A DNA stretch of 64,000 nt from Massalongia carnosa. Its lineage: Eukaryota. Location of the stretch: NCBI GenBank assembly GCA_965645245.1, contig OZ287070.1, positions 2,294,001 to 2,358,000 on the forward strand, read 5' to 3'. The stretch's first letter is position 1, and each line of letters opens with the position of its first letter. Made by a program: the position numbers and the translations under genes. Shown here in pieces: positions 23,198-36,406 of the stretch. The notes under the pieces are model-generated. The model was not told the DNA's origin. It saw nothing but the letters and a program-made list of their open reading frames with translations, and searched no databases.

Positions 23198-23504
23198 TGT
23201 CAATTTGTGAAGTGGAGTTGGAAGAGATAGTGACAGAACTAATGCGGAGGGATTTTATTTATAAATAGTAATATCTGTGGGAATTTAATTGGCTAATGAT
23301 GGGGAATTTCCGGCTCTCAAGTTCTTGGCGTGAAAGCACGATCTCGGGCACACGTGATAAGAATTTTGCGAACTACGGAGTACTTAAAATATGCTTCATC
23401 TGATTAACCAGCAATCCATGTTTACCTGTTAGCCATGCAAAAATGGCAGATGAGCTTTGCTCTAGGCAGAAGCAAAACCTCTATCACCCGCCGCCAATTC
23501 ATCG

Positions 23505-24644
23505 ATGCCCACTGCTGTTCCCTCCGACACCTCCATTCATCCAGAGTGCGCTCCTCTGAAGAACACAACCTGCAAAGTACGACCCCTCCTTATCTCTTTC
23601 CTGAACCATCAAACTATCAATCTAAACGTCCATTTACTAACCTTTCTCCATCTCTTTCAACTTACAGTACCAGACCCTCCACTCCGAAAAGGCCGCACGG
23701 TAAACACGAACGAACTAATCCAGAACCTCTATCTAAAATCCGAACGTCGTGCCCCCAAGCCCGAACCCCAACGCACTTTAATCCGCAAAGTTGTGCGAGA
23801 ACAATCCTCTAGTATTCCGCCGTCCTACCGCTCTGTATCCATCTCTCCGGGTACCGTCGATGCCAGATCCCTTGCCTCCAGGCCTCCCCCCCCCTCCTCC
23901 CGATCATCCCCTCGAGGAACCCTAGACGCCAGGTCTTTCGGCGCCAAACCACCCTCTACCTATCAGCTCCGCCGTCCCTTCATTCCCTCTTCCTCCAGCG
24001 ACCGCAGCGGGCCCCGACTTACAAACACCGGGCGTCGGCCTCCATCCGCACGCGAAGGCCGCAATGGCAGTGGCCAGTTCCGCAAGCCCGCTCCACGGCG
24101 CCCTCGCGTTGATAGCGGCATTGTGCAGGGCGCCCAAGCCGGAGACTGGGAAGCGGACGAGCGGAAATACTTCGACGCCCGCCGAGCGGAAAAAAAGCTC
24201 GGGTACGTAGTCTTCGAACCCGCGGCCGTGACGGCCGATACGCTCCATGGAATGGGCCCTGCAATCGCGGTCGAGGAGTGGGGAATGCGCGAGGTGGTAG
24301 GGGACCGGTTGGCGCAGATTGAGCGAGTGCGTGACGATCAGTCGTGGGCGGTAAAGAGGTATGCGGCACATTTGGAAGCCGTTAGGGAGGAAAATGGAGA
24401 GGAGCAGGAGCGGCATGAGTTACCGGAAGAGCGGAAGAAGGAGTTGGTGACGCGGTTGTTGGGGGGTAAGTACGTGATTGGCGGGAATGGGGATGGAAGC
24501 GTGGTAGACGAGGTGGAGAGGCAGACAGGGCGGAACGGGACGTATTTGCCACGGGACGGTGAGTCTTTTGTGGGGAAAGTAAGAGCGTTGTTGCCGGCAG
24601 CAATGCGGGGGAAGAAAGAGTCAAGAAAGGCGGTAAGGCTTTAA
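23505..24644 (+). CDS. Hypothetical protein (Arg/Pro-rich N half, charged C half)
   Basis: 379-aa ORF with coding-like composition, ending RNGTYLPRDGESFVGKVRALLP. The start and any 5' intron are uncertain. Confidence 0.6.
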   Translation: MPTAVPSDTSIHPECAPLKNTTCKVRPLLISFLNHQTINLNVHLLTFLHLFQLTVPDPPLRKGRTVNTNELIQNLYLKSERRAPKPEPQRTLIRKVVREQSSSIPPSYRSVSISPGTVDARSLASRPPPPSSRSSPRGTLDARSFGAKPPSTYQLRRPFIPSSSSDRSGPRLTNTGRRPPSAREGRNGSGQFRKPAPRRPRVDSGIVQGAQAGDWEADERKYFDARRAEKKLGYVVFEPAAVTADTLHGMGPAIAVEEWGMREVVGDRLAQIERVRDDQSWAVKRYAAHLEAVREENGEEQERHELPEERKKELVTRLLGGKYVIGGNGDGSVVDEVERQTGRNGTYLPRDGESFVGKVRALLPAAMRGKKESRKAVRL

Positions 24645-24843
24645 ATGAAAGGGAGGGTTCAGTGTTGCTATTGTTCACGGGTAGATTGAAGGAAACGGAT
24701 CAAGCACATGTTAACATCCGTCGGACTGATTACCCCTGCGAAGCTAGATCATGTGCGTTAGCAACTATGATTAAAATATCCTCAATGCTTCCTTCCTTCC
24801 ATCTTCCCTATCCTCTTACTTCCAAGTCCCTTCGCCATCCGCC

Positions 24844-25802
24844 CTACAGCCCCTTCCTCGCGCCCTCCACCAAGCCTTTCACCTCCTTTCCCCCCTTCTC
24901 CGCTACCTTCTCTAGCTCCTCGCTCGCCTTCTTCAGCAAATCCGGCCGCACCTTCTTCCCCAGCTCCAGTGCACGCAGCCTCTTTTTCTGCACCGCGCGC
25001 GCGTCCCGCAGCGACACCGAGGCTGTTTCCCCACGCTTGGTGGCGGCGTCGAGCGCGGCTGCGCGGGAGTCGCGCGTGGGCGGCGGGAGCGGGATGTGCA
25101 GTTCTAGCGGGTTGGCGGGCGATGGGATGGTGGGGTTTAGGGAGTGGGGCGAGGCGTTCAGGGTGGACAGAATGGGTTTGAGATGCTGTTTGTAAGAGAG
25201 GCAGGTTAGAGCTGATTAGGGAGCTTGGGGAAGGAATAAAGAAGGCGCGAAAGAGATGCGGTTGATTAGGTGTAGAGTTCGCGACCCTACCGTAACAATT
25301 GTTCCAGATATGAATCTAGAAGAGAGGAGGAAAGAAGACATACTTCCTTCTCCCCAACCATCACTACCAGCGCCCGTCCCCTAGGAACCACCTGCGCTAC
25401 CTCCGCCAATCGTACACTCTCCCTACTCCCCTTCACCAGCACAACTCTAAGGGCCTCGACCATCTCCGGCGTCCTACCTCCACCGCGTAGCTTGGCCAAG
25501 TCGGCCTTTAGATTTGTGAGCGTGCGCTCAATGGCTGCTTCAAGGAGAGAGAAATCGAGAGGGTCGTCAGGACTGGGGGTGTTAGTGTTCTTATTGTTTT
25601 CGACCTTGGTGGAAGAGCTAGAGATATGTGGGGCGGCGGGTGGTTTGGGGCTGCGTCTTAGAAGGGGGCAGGAGGTGGTGAGGGCACGGCGGAGGGGTGG
25701 GAGACGGGGGAGGAGCCATGGTATAAAGAGGGCGCGGCAGGGAGGAACGAGGCGCGAGAGAGCGCAAGGGATTGCATATGCAAAAGGTTGTGACACTGAC
25801 AT
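24844..25802 (-). CDS. RRF1: Mitochondrial ribosome recycling factor (intron ~25190-25343)
   Basis: Presequence-like N-terminus; LKADLAKLRGGGR..VEALRV..LAEVAQV; exon 2 LNP..LHIPLPPPTRDSR..LRDARAVQKK. Confidence 0.85.
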
Positions 25803-25927
25803 GGTCAGACATGATCAGAAAATCCGAGACATTCTGTTGAGCTTGTATGGTCTCCGTTTCGGAAGGATGAGAGGATTTTCTTGACAAGTTGCGGTTAAGT
25901 GTTAACAACGTGAACCAATGTTAAATA

Positions 25928-26182
25928 TGAGTTTCCAGTTCAACGAAAAACTCAGATACTATCGAGACAGGTTAGCGTTACTCTTCTAGACCAATAGAGT
26001 AGTAGCAATCTATGCCTAACGTGTTCTAGCGGATTCAGACGGGGTTTGGAGTGTTGAAACCCGGGATTAAATCAAGGTTAGAAAGAACTACCGTAGAGTA
26101 GTTTTGGAGCAAAGAGGAAACCAGAAAGGTGAGGTTCCAGTTCAACGAGAAACTCAAATATTCCCCAAAATAGTTAGCGTTA
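25928..26182. repeat. Pair of 53-bp imperfect direct repeats, 202 bp apart
   Basis: 25928-25980 and 26130-26182 share tgagKttccagttcaacgaRaaactcaRata...gttagcgtta at identical spacing. Confidence 0.75.
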
Positions 26183-28063
26183 AATTCGCTATTGGCAAGA
26201 TGAACCGATTGACGCACATTTTACCCGAATTTCATTCTTTCCCTTTGTCAAGAGTTTTTTTGTTCAAAAGAAATGCAGCTTATCCAATAGGTATAGATTG
26301 AGAACGATGACTTTACTCTCCTCCTTTCATTTCTCTGTCCCCCACCAATGCCATTGTTCCCCCCAGAGCACAATGAAGCGAACTCGAGACTGGTCCAAAG
26401 GCCAACCCGCTCGACTATAAAAATCTTCGCAAGCATCTACGAATGGATCATTAACAACTTCAATCATCCACAACCCTAAGAATCTTGACTCAGTCCAGCA
26501 ATCAAGCACACAAATTCAAAAGGGAAACCCTCAAGAAAAACCAAACCACCACCAATGCCGGCACTATACTATGATAACAAACGCATCTCGTATTGTACAG
26601 TAAAGACGGCAAAGACAGCAACGACAATAGAAAAAAATCCTCCCATCCGGTCACTGTCTCCAAAAGGTGGCTCTGCACCTCCTGCGCCATGACAACCTAT
26701 GGCGCCGTGTGCCCTGGGTGCTTCCTCATCAAATTGGAACGGGAAAGGTAAGCTTTTCTTTTTTTTCCTTTGCCAAAATCATTTATGTGATATTTTTGCT
26801 GTGCTTCGGGGAACGTAAAGAGCGGGGTTTGCTTTTGATATGAATTGAGGGAAGAGGTTTAGGTTTTGGTTTTGCTTGTTTGTGGATCATCGGGAATGAA
26901 TGTGGAAAGATTCTCTGATCTTGCGGTTTCTTGCACTACTCGCCGGCTGGCGAGAGTCGACAAATTGCCTTTTGCTTCCCCCTTTGAATACGAAAGAATC
27001 ATAAAAAACCATCGGCGATCATTTTCAGTGCGTACCAAATCAATTGAAAGAAATCATAATTAAGCGCTATACAAAATTACTCTCCTCAACAAGTAATTTG
27101 CATCTTTCATTCAAGAAAACCCTGATTCCACCCGGATGCATATGTCATGACTTGAAACTCCTACCTCCTCCCTCCCATTTCCCCAAGGATTCCCAGATAC
27201 CCAAACACTGCTGATTTCTCTCCTCAACGCGTTCTGAAAACCCATATAACAAAACAAACCCTAGCTCCTGTTACTCGACAATGATGGACGGTGCCAATAA
27301 AGACAATATTTATGGTAAAAAAGCCGGGGATGGGGGTAGGGTGACGCCGACTTGAATACAGCCTCGCTAGATGGGGGGTTTTGAGTAGGAGGGGGGTGGA
27401 AGGGATGCCTTATAACCTAACGAACGATATATGAGTAGAAGAGGACGGAAATAAACACAGTAAGCGCATGCTATTATTAGCCAAAAGGGGGCTGCCATTG
27501 GCTTTATTGTTCACGCGTGAGGAAGAGACGGATGTGTGAGAAACCCGTGAGAGTAGCATAAGTATGTAATATGAAGCATTCATTAAATGTGAAAAGAGAT
27601 ACCTAGCATCTTACTAATTTCCAAATACCAACGCTTTTCATCAGGCTTCAAACTAGCGCTTCTGTAAGTTCTTGTTGCTGCCACTCTCGGTGATCTGTGG
27701 GTTAAGCGGATGGCATTTCCTGGCTCCATTACGGCAAACTACAGAATTTATGTACAGAGTATGTTTGATTGCGTTAGCAGCAACACGTACTGATTTGGAT
27801 AATCGCCGCTGTATTCAATCTATCTTCTACCCTGAACCCAGTCCATCGACCCCTTGGGAAAAAGACAGCAGCATTAACTGCACCCACCGGTCTCAAGACG
27901 CAGGATGTCACACATAGAAGACGAAATCGGGACTCTTGTCTCAATCAACATGCTAGCGGGAACTTTTGGTCAGTAAAGCATATTTGCCGAAGGAATAGTC
28001 GTTAGAACCGGTCATAAAGCTTATCCTCACCGCTTGGCCCCACCATGAACCGCACATGAGCGT

Positions 28064-30193
28064 TTAACGCGTCGACATGGCCTTTGTGACGAGTCTCTTC
28101 AGCGCCAACTCCTTCTTTTTGAGCTCGTCGGAAGGAGAATCTTCAACCTCTAGCTGAGCCATTGCTTCGCTAAGGGCGGACTCGATCTTCTCTTTTGTCC
28201 CGCGCTTGAGTTTGATGGACATGGTGGGATCGGAAACAATTTCTTCTACACGCGCGATGTAGGACTCAAGTTGTTGCCGAGCTTCGAACTTCTTACTGAA
28301 AGCGTCGTCGCTGTTTTTGAATTTAGCAGCGTCTAAAGAACATTAGCACACAAACTTGATTCGCCCTATAACGTCAAAAACTTACCACTAATCATATTCT
28401 CTATCTCTGTCGACGACAATTTGCCCACGGAGTTCGATATCGTAATATTGGCACTTCGGCCGGAGGTCTTTTCGGTGGCGGTCACCTTCAGTATACCGTT
28501 TACATCAACTTCAAAAACAACCTCCAAAACTGCATCCCCAGCCTTCATTGGTGGTATTGGGGCCAAGGTGAACTCTCCAAGGGATGTGTTATCTTCACAA
28601 TTGACACGCTCACCCTGAAAAACGGGGAATTGAACGGTCTGTTGATTGTCTGCAACTGTCGTAAATGTACGCTTCTTGATGGTGGGAACTGTTTGGCCAC
28701 GAGGCACAACAGGTGCAAAGATATTGCCTTCCATGGCAACGCCCAAGGACAGAGGAACAACATCGAGAAGCAGCAGATCAGCAGTATCGGCCGAGGTTGC
28801 CTTACCAGACAGTATACCAGCCTGTACGGCAGCGCCGTAGGCTACTGCTTCATCGGGATTGATACTCTTCTCCAGCTTCTTCCCATCGAAGAAGTCGCTC
28901 AAGAGCTTTTGTATCCTGGGGATACGGGTTGAACCGCCAACCAGAACAATTTCATCGACCTTGCTCTTATCAAGATTTGCGTCTTTCAGCACTTGTTGAA
29001 CAGGATCAATTGTCCCATTAAAAGCTTTCGCGTTGAGGTCCTCAAAACGAGCGCGAGTAATTTGCGCATTGAAATCTTCGCCGTCGAAAAGAGAATCAAT
29101 CTCAACCGTGGTTTGAGTGCCATTCGATAAGGTACGCTTGGCCCTCTCACAAGCTGTTCGTAAGCGTCGAAGAGCACGAGCGTCGCCCGATAGATCTTTC
29201 TTTGTCTTGCGTTGGAATTCCTTTTTGAAATGATCGAGGAGATTCGTATCAAAATCTTGACCACCAAGATGTGTATCACCGGCAGTAGCCTTAACCGTAA
29301 AGACTCCCCCTTGAATGTGGAGAAGGGAAACATCAAAGGTACCTCCCCCAAGATCGTAGATTAAGACATTTCGCTCTTTCTCTGATTTTCCGGAACCGAG
29401 ACCATAGGCAATAGCAGCAGCTGTAGGCTCATTAATGATCCGGAGGACTTGAAGATCTGCAATAGCGCCTGCATCCTTGGTTGCTTGGCGCTGGTTGTCG
29501 TTGAAGTACGCTGGGACTGTGATGACGGCCTTCTTAACCTTCTTGCCAAGCTTCACCTCTGCAACTTCTTTCATCTAATTCAAGTTAGCCTAGCTTATTA
29601 CTGAACTAGAGAAAAGGCAATACCTTCATAAGAACCATGGATGAAATCTCCTGAGGCGAAAAGGTCTTTGTCTCTTTCAGGTACTCCACTTGAACCATGG
29701 GGCTTCCACCTTGATCGATGACCTTAAAGGGCCATGTCTCAATATCCTTCTTCACAGTTGGATCATCAAATCTTCGCCCAATGAGACGCCTAAACCAAGT
29801 CAGCTCTAGTTTAGGGCAGTAGATTGATTCATGCAAATTTCATGCACGTACTTGATATCGAATATTGTGTTTGCTGGATTCATGGCAGCCAGGTTCTTGG
29901 CCGATTCGCCAATCAATCGTTCCTCATCCGTAAAAGACACAAAAGAAGGTGTGGTGAAGCTGCCCTGCTCATTGGCAACTAGGTAAAGGGCCATCAGCTT
30001 TCCAAATCCCCTGAATACCATTCAACCAAGTTTACACATACTAATCTCGACGTTGGTACCCTCATAATTGGCAACACAAGAGTATGTAGTGCCTATCGGC
30101 GGTCAATGCTGATCTAGAGCTGAATCGCGCATAGTTCCGCGGTATCTCACCTAAATCGATCCCGATCGCTCCCTCGTAGACTTCCTCTGCCAT
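28064..30193 (-). CDS. SSB1: Ribosome-associated Hsp70 (SSB type), multi-exon
   Basis: [57 protein letters not shown]-terminus [11 protein letters not shown] has no EEVD. Confidence 0.96.
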
Positions 30194-30310
30194 ATTTTCT
30201 GGATGAAAGAAAGGTAATCAGAAGTGGATTAGGAGGGAAGAGCTTCGTCGATATGTCTGTAAGAAAAATGGGGGAAACGGCGAAAATGTTTGAATAAAAA
30301 TGTCAAACAT

Positions 30311-30331
30311 AAAATTTCGAACCCTAATTTT
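30311..30331. promoter_or_regulatory. Candidate ribosome-regulon promoter motifs (AAAATTT and AACCCTAA) upstream of SSB1
   Basis: aaaatttcgaaccctaatttt lies ~120 bp upstream of the ATG and resembles RRPE/telobox-type elements. Confidence 0.35.
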
Positions 30332-30701
30332 CGTGGGTCGGTTTTTGGATTGCCGTAGACTCATGACGCTAGGCCCTGTTCAATGCAGATATCATCAAGA
30401 CTTCAAAGCGTTTAATTTTCTCTAAATTGGACTTCGCCCTCATATAAATATAAAGAGTTGAAAGGTGCTCTAAATCAAAACTCAGTTGAATCATGAATTA
30501 GACAATCATTGCTGCATAGGTCTGAACCACAGAAATTGACGCTGGATATCCATCTCAATCCCTCTGTTAACCCACGCAGGGATTAAAGTGATTTATCCCC
30601 TCCACCCAAAGCACCATTCAAATAACGCCGATTTGACTTGCGATTAGAAAAGGCTTCATAGGCAGTATACACTTGACCGGATAAACTTATCGATGATCTT
30701 C

Positions 30702-33459
30702 TTAACTCTTTGCAACATTGACAAAAATCGTAATTTTCTCCAACTCAATATCCTGCCCTTGTCCAACCTTTAAAGTACCCCTTGGTGGACTAGCGATCAT
30801 TTCCACCTCGATACGGTTCACGCCTGGCAAGACCCGTGTTTCATATAATGGTCTTCTTGCGTCCGAATCTTCGACTCGTTGTGGCACTGCGTTTAAGCGT
30901 TGCATCCCAACACTAACGAACAATTTGCTAGGTCGTTGCATGACATGGCCCGCAAGGGTCGGAATGATACGCAAGTATTGGTGGGTTTTTGGTAAGTTAA
31001 TGGTGACGGATTGTTGAGATGCGGTGGATAGGGGCGGTATGTCTAGGTGGAAGTCTTGGTCAAGGTTAAGACCGGGGTCGGTGGAAATGCTGAGGTTTGA
31101 GATGAGTGCATTCGAGGCATCTAATATAGTCAATCTTGGCTATAATACACAAGATGCAGATACTCACCCTTTCCAGGTTGTCTCCATTTTGACTCAAACG
31201 ATACTGCCAAGGGGTGAGAGTTCCAGCTATGACTGTTGATTACTCCCGCTGGAGGATGAGGACTGTTGCTTGCTAAACGGGGGGTTATGCTTGGTGGCGG
31301 TGGCATCATCGATATAGCGGGATTGGGAGTATGAGTAGATTCACTGGACCTATTGAGGTCCCGATTAAGCTGCACGGCAGCAAGTGCTGGTGATTGCCCT
31401 GGAGGCACTTCGCTTTTGACACCATCGGTCGACGATGTAGGACGTTCAACAGAAGTACTTCTAGTCCTGTCTTGCGATAGTGTATGGAGTGGCGGAATTC
31501 TGTTCGATGTTGAAGCGGCTGGTGAGCCTCCCAACGGATTTGGCGCGCCAGAACGAGGTGTTCCATCGCCAACAGGCGCTGCTTGGCCATTTGCACCAGC
31601 CTTGACCAGATCCTGCTGTCGTTTAAGAGCCTCGCTATCGATGGACACTCCAGCGGTGCCACCCACCTTTTGACCGAATCGAAGAGTTATCTTTGGATTG
31701 GACTCTGGTGATCGTGCAGACATGCGAAGCTTTACCTTTGGTTGCGGTGGTTCGGCTACCACCCGTTTTGCTTCCGCAAGGCGTCGATTGAAATATGACT
31801 ATCTATTATTAAAAAAGTGAACGAAGCATTGGCTTTGTGTAACGTACCTCAAGCTGGCCAGCTAGGATTGATATATCACTCCCATCCTCATTATATTCTC
31901 TAGCGTTGATCCATACATGACTAATCTCATCTTCAAATGCTTGCCAGCTTTTCATGAACGTCTGCCCAGTAGGTTTTTCTCTTCCTTTGATACCCCTTAC
32001 GGCCTTTTGAGCACTTTTGAGACAAACCGGATGCTTTATAAGTCTATAATAGTCTCGCAAATCGCGAGAAGGAAGGTTGATAAAAGGGGTTGATATTATT
32101 TGATCACTTTCATAGCACATCAGCAAGAGAAAACTCATGCAGAATTTACACTAACTCGTCGTTCCTGAGGTTGACCATCTCCGTCAAGATCTTTTCTTGT
32201 GCTTGCTGGAACGTATTTCCTTCAAACCCCTCCCCAGCACCCTCCGCATCCTGCACAGCCGGCGTTGAGCTTTCCCTGCGCTCGTTTGGCGCAGTGGCCG
32301 GTGTTGCTTCTACAACGTTAAATGACCTGATCGCATCGTCAACTTCCTCTGGGTCAGTCTCCCCTTCAGCATCCAAGTCATGCGACTCTCCCTCCGCTTG
32401 CAGGCGCTCTCGCCAATCGACAGGTACCGGGGTCGAAAACGGGGCATAAGTTCCAGTCTCATACGCTGGGTTATTCTGGCTCATGTAGCTCACAACAAGC
32501 TTGCGAATTTTCTCCGCGTCCGAAAATAATTCCGAAGACTTTTCGTTGAAAGATTTGGCATTGCTAACCATGCGCCTCAAGTCGCTTTCCAGCGTTGTCA
32601 ATGTTGGGTACTCGCGGCGATGCAATTTACCCTGCCAAAGAGCCCAATAATGAGTATAATCTCTAAAGAATTTGTTGGACAAATAAAAACTTAGGCTTTT
32701 TTAAAGTGAAGATATTGGCATTGGGGTAAAACCGAAGGGGATTGTTCTTGGGCTTACTAACCTCAATAGTATCGAGTGCCATAGGCAACCCAATTTCCAT
32801 GTAGTATTGTGGTATCTTCTTCTAATTTGTTCATTTATCCTTAGCAAGCCTTGAACCAAAGAACATCTGAAGATGATGATACCATACCCTGTCCGGTAGA
32901 GTCAGAAAATGTGTTGCAATCAGCCGGTTGCTACAAGACGAGTTTGTAAGCTTATATCACCGCCAAACGAAGAGAGCAGAATTATGCAGGTTCACTTACC
33001 GCTTGTCGCGGGTGGCCTTGATCTGATCCAAGAAGGCAAGGCCCACTTCGGTGGTACTTTCTGGAGTTTCGCCATTGAGCTTTGCGATAAGAAAGGTCAG
33101 TTATGTGGAGGTTTTTATAGGTATAATCAGAGTTATTTGAAGGTTTACAATGAGTTAAAGGACGCAATGGGATGATGCAAGTGGGGAGTTGCAAGATGAA
33201 GTTCAAGCAGCCTAGGTAGACAGACACCTCATGGGCCCGCTGGAACCTAGCGACCTGCAAACCATAATGCCATTGCTCATCATTGTATCTGTTTCCTTCA
33301 CCATCGCACTTGATTGTACCGTGCAAAAAAAGCATTGCAGATATCAACGAAACAAATATAAAGGACACGTACTGGAATCTTCCTTTTCTTTGAAGCATGC
33401 CCGTCACCCTCATTTGCTGCTGCCGCTGCGGCCACAGCAGATTTTCGCTTTGAACTCAT
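30702..33459 (-). CDS. Tandem bromodomain protein (RSC4/polybromo-like), multi-exon
   Basis: MSSKRKS start; bromodomain 1 FLTLP..YY..I.LPMALDTIE..DLRRMVSNAKSFN; bromodomain 2 PFINLPSRDLRDYYRLIKHP..NAREYNEDGSDI; C-terminal PGVNRIEVEMI. Confidence 0.88.
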
Positions 33460-34293
33460 ACCGATGCTCCGCAATCGCCCAATCAACTCAGTTGCCCTAG
33501 CAAGGACGAGTAGGTTACGCAAGTACCTCGTGTCACCTTTTTCGATTGGAATATCAAGCTTCACGTTTTGGGAGACGCGATCGTAGGCAAGGAGGATTGG
33601 TTGATGGGCATGTGCTTTGGTGCGAGTTTAGTCCAGTGAACGCACTCAACACAAAGCTTCTCGGCTTTGCAGCTGAAATTTACAAGTAAAACCTCATGAG
33701 TAACCACGGAATGACTTGAAATCCATGCGCTTTGAAATGAAATGAGTTTGCGCTCCGTAGACTTCTCGCACAAATCCCCTCTGTCTCAATCTGTCTTGGA
33801 TTGGATAAGCTACCCGAAAAGCGTTAGTCAGCGAGCTTGCTTGTGTTTGCAAGTAGCCCAAGCTTACCGGCACAAATCCTGTCTTGAAGTTTGAGGTGAT
33901 AAATGTTTGCTTGCTCCCTCTTAGGGGGTGAGTAGAATAATCGTTGCCGACAAAAGCCAAACAAGCCAAACAAAAACTCATTTCGGATAGTCGCATTCAC
34001 TGCTTTGAGTAGCCTGCGCTTTAAGGCAGCTGCATCATTGCAAATTTCTGTTTCCCGTCCCTCAAGACCTACCAGTTGAACAAAGAGAAAATTCCTCCGC
34101 CTAGAAGTAGTAGAAGCAAACGATGACTCTCTGACACTCCTTAAAACAGCAGCCAGCATTTGACTTTGCTCAACCTCAGTCTGCTTGACACTGGAACTAG
34201 ATCACGAAACGCTTTGCTACGGGAAATCCACTGCATGCTCATTCACTAAGATTATTCTCTTAAATCTTTCTAACTCTGAATAAGGCGTACGCC

Positions 34294-34821
34294 ATGGCGG
34301 CGCTTGATAATGATCGAAGGAACAAGTACCCTCGGATGCTATCAGACTCTGAGAGGGAGCGCCTAGATGAATTCATAGATTCAATCCATTACTCTTCAAG
34401 GTGAGTGGGTCTACGAGGCCACATGCGGCTTGTAAATGCTATTGGGCTTCTTATGAAAGCTGATTTGTGTACTACAGATACTCAGATGATGAATATGAAT
34501 ATAGGCATGTGCAGCTGCCTAAAGAGATGGTGAAAAAGATACCAAAAGATTACTTCGACCCTTCTAAGGGCACCTTGAAATTGTTATGGGAGGAGGAGTG
34601 GAGAGGCCTTGGTATCACTCAGGTATTCTGCTCTGAGGCTGGACGTGGACAAAAAGCTGATTTGTGGCTGGTAGAGTTTGGGATGGGAACACTATGAAGT
34701 TCATGAACCGGAACCCCATATTCTCTTGTTCAAGTATATCCAAGGCTCTGTGGCTAAAAGCTTCAATCTAACCTCATCCAGGCGGCCAATCAATTATCAA
34801 CCGCCAGTGATACCACACTAA
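34294..34821 (+). CDS. CKS1: Cyclin-dependent kinase regulatory subunit (3 introns)
   Basis: [57 protein letters not shown]. Confidence 0.96.
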
Positions 34822-35119
34822 TCGATTTATCGAACGAAGCCAAAGCCCTAGAGACTTTATCAAGACCATCCATCTTCTCAGACTTACGATACTATGCATC
34901 AACGACTTTATGTCGCACTGTCAAATCGTCGCAGGGCAGACAGATATTCGAGCTTTATGCTTCATTAGCTACCGGGGGACTTTTGCTCAATTTATCTCAA
35001 AACTGTATTTAGCATCTGCGAATATTAATTTATTCCTCAAGCTTTCTGGTCTCTGTCTGCACTAATCTGCTTATAGAACTGAAACTGTGGAACCGACCTC
35101 TGAGCATACCGCATGATTA

Positions 35120-35972
35120 TTATTTGACATTCTGGTCCAGCCACTCCTCCCATTGCTGTGCCGTAAAACTGCTGGAAATGCTGTTTTCAACCACACCCTG
35201 GTTATTGTACTTAGCTATGCAGACATACTATGGTACATAACAAAAACTCACGTTGAACAAGGCGGTAGGTGTTACATGTACCCCAGTTAGTCGGTTTGCC
35301 TACCAGGGTGACATGGTCAGCTTATTCTTATACCCCTTATCCTTTGTTTCCACTCACCTTGACAAATAACTTCACGTCATTAGTCACCCCGTTCCCCAAA
35401 TTCAGACTCCCATCTTCTCCTGGCTTATCCGGTACCTTTAATAGCTTAAGCACTTTCTCCTCGTTGACCCCCACCTTTCCAGCAACCCTGGCCAATCTTT
35501 CATACGTCTTGTTCCTCGTTTCATTAACCACGCTAACATCGAAAAAGTCTTTCTGGACTGCGAAAAGTTCACCACTAAAGAGCCAGAACTTCTCCGGCGC
35601 AAGCTGTAGCACTGCGGCCGCGGCTTCGTGGGTGAGTGTGCTGGAGGGGTGCCAAGGCTGAATTTGCTGGCGGAATATTACACGGAGCGATGGATAACGA
35701 GAAGGTATATGAGGGAGAACTGAGTTATTAACAGTCTCGAATAACTTTGCGGAGAACTAGGGCTCAGAGACGGGCAGTTAGATATGGGGCATGAGGAAGG
35801 TTTCTTGGGAACGCAGAAATTACAGGGCAGACATAGTCAAGATCTATGGGTGTTAACAACAGCTAAGAGATTTAGGATTTGAGAAATTACAAAGCTCAAG
35901 CGTATGAACTGCCTTGGGAGTAATTTTGGAAGATGAGAAGGCCTGGCCGGCAAATTTGGGTGCGAGAGCCAT
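35120..35972 (-). CDS. Thioredoxin-fold (DsbA-like) protein, multi-exon
   Basis: MALAPKFAG..HTLEL|YLDYVCP|FSAKLF..QIQPWHPSSTLTHEAA..LNLGNGVTNDVK..GVHVTPT|..SSSFTAQQWEEWL. Confidence 0.88.
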
Positions 35973-36406
35973 GGATGTTGTGTTTCCCACAATCGAATGT
36001 AATTAATGGATGCTGTCGGTCCAAAAAGGGACCAAGAGGGTCAAAGAGAACTTAGTTGCGGTTTCTGACAATGAGGGGATTCACATGAAGAGCAGAATGC
36101 CGGGGGGGGGTAGGTGAGACACACTCATCTATGAATGTGCATACTACTCTGTATTGGGGCAGATGTCATCATTTAGAATTTGATCCTATCAAAGAGAATG
36201 ATGCAATATGCAATGCTCGAATTGCTTGCCTGCAAAACCTTATGGACTAGTGCTCTAACAAGTAATGATAAGCTAATTGACGTCGGTATTAATTGGAGGA
36301 CCGGAACTTCCCCTGGGCTTGACATTACCGACACTTCCGTACCTCTAACTAGTTCTGCAACCACAGGATTCTAAGGCTTCAATCTTTCTTTCAAAGAGAG
36401 CCCGCC

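Noticed and set aside
25928..26182. CRISPR-like reading of the spaced repeats
   Set aside because: Eukaryotic DNA, only two copies, long spacer, no cas genes.
27100..27450. Possible telomerase RNA in the gene-poor gap
   Set aside because: No TAACCCTAA template seen, only partial matches.
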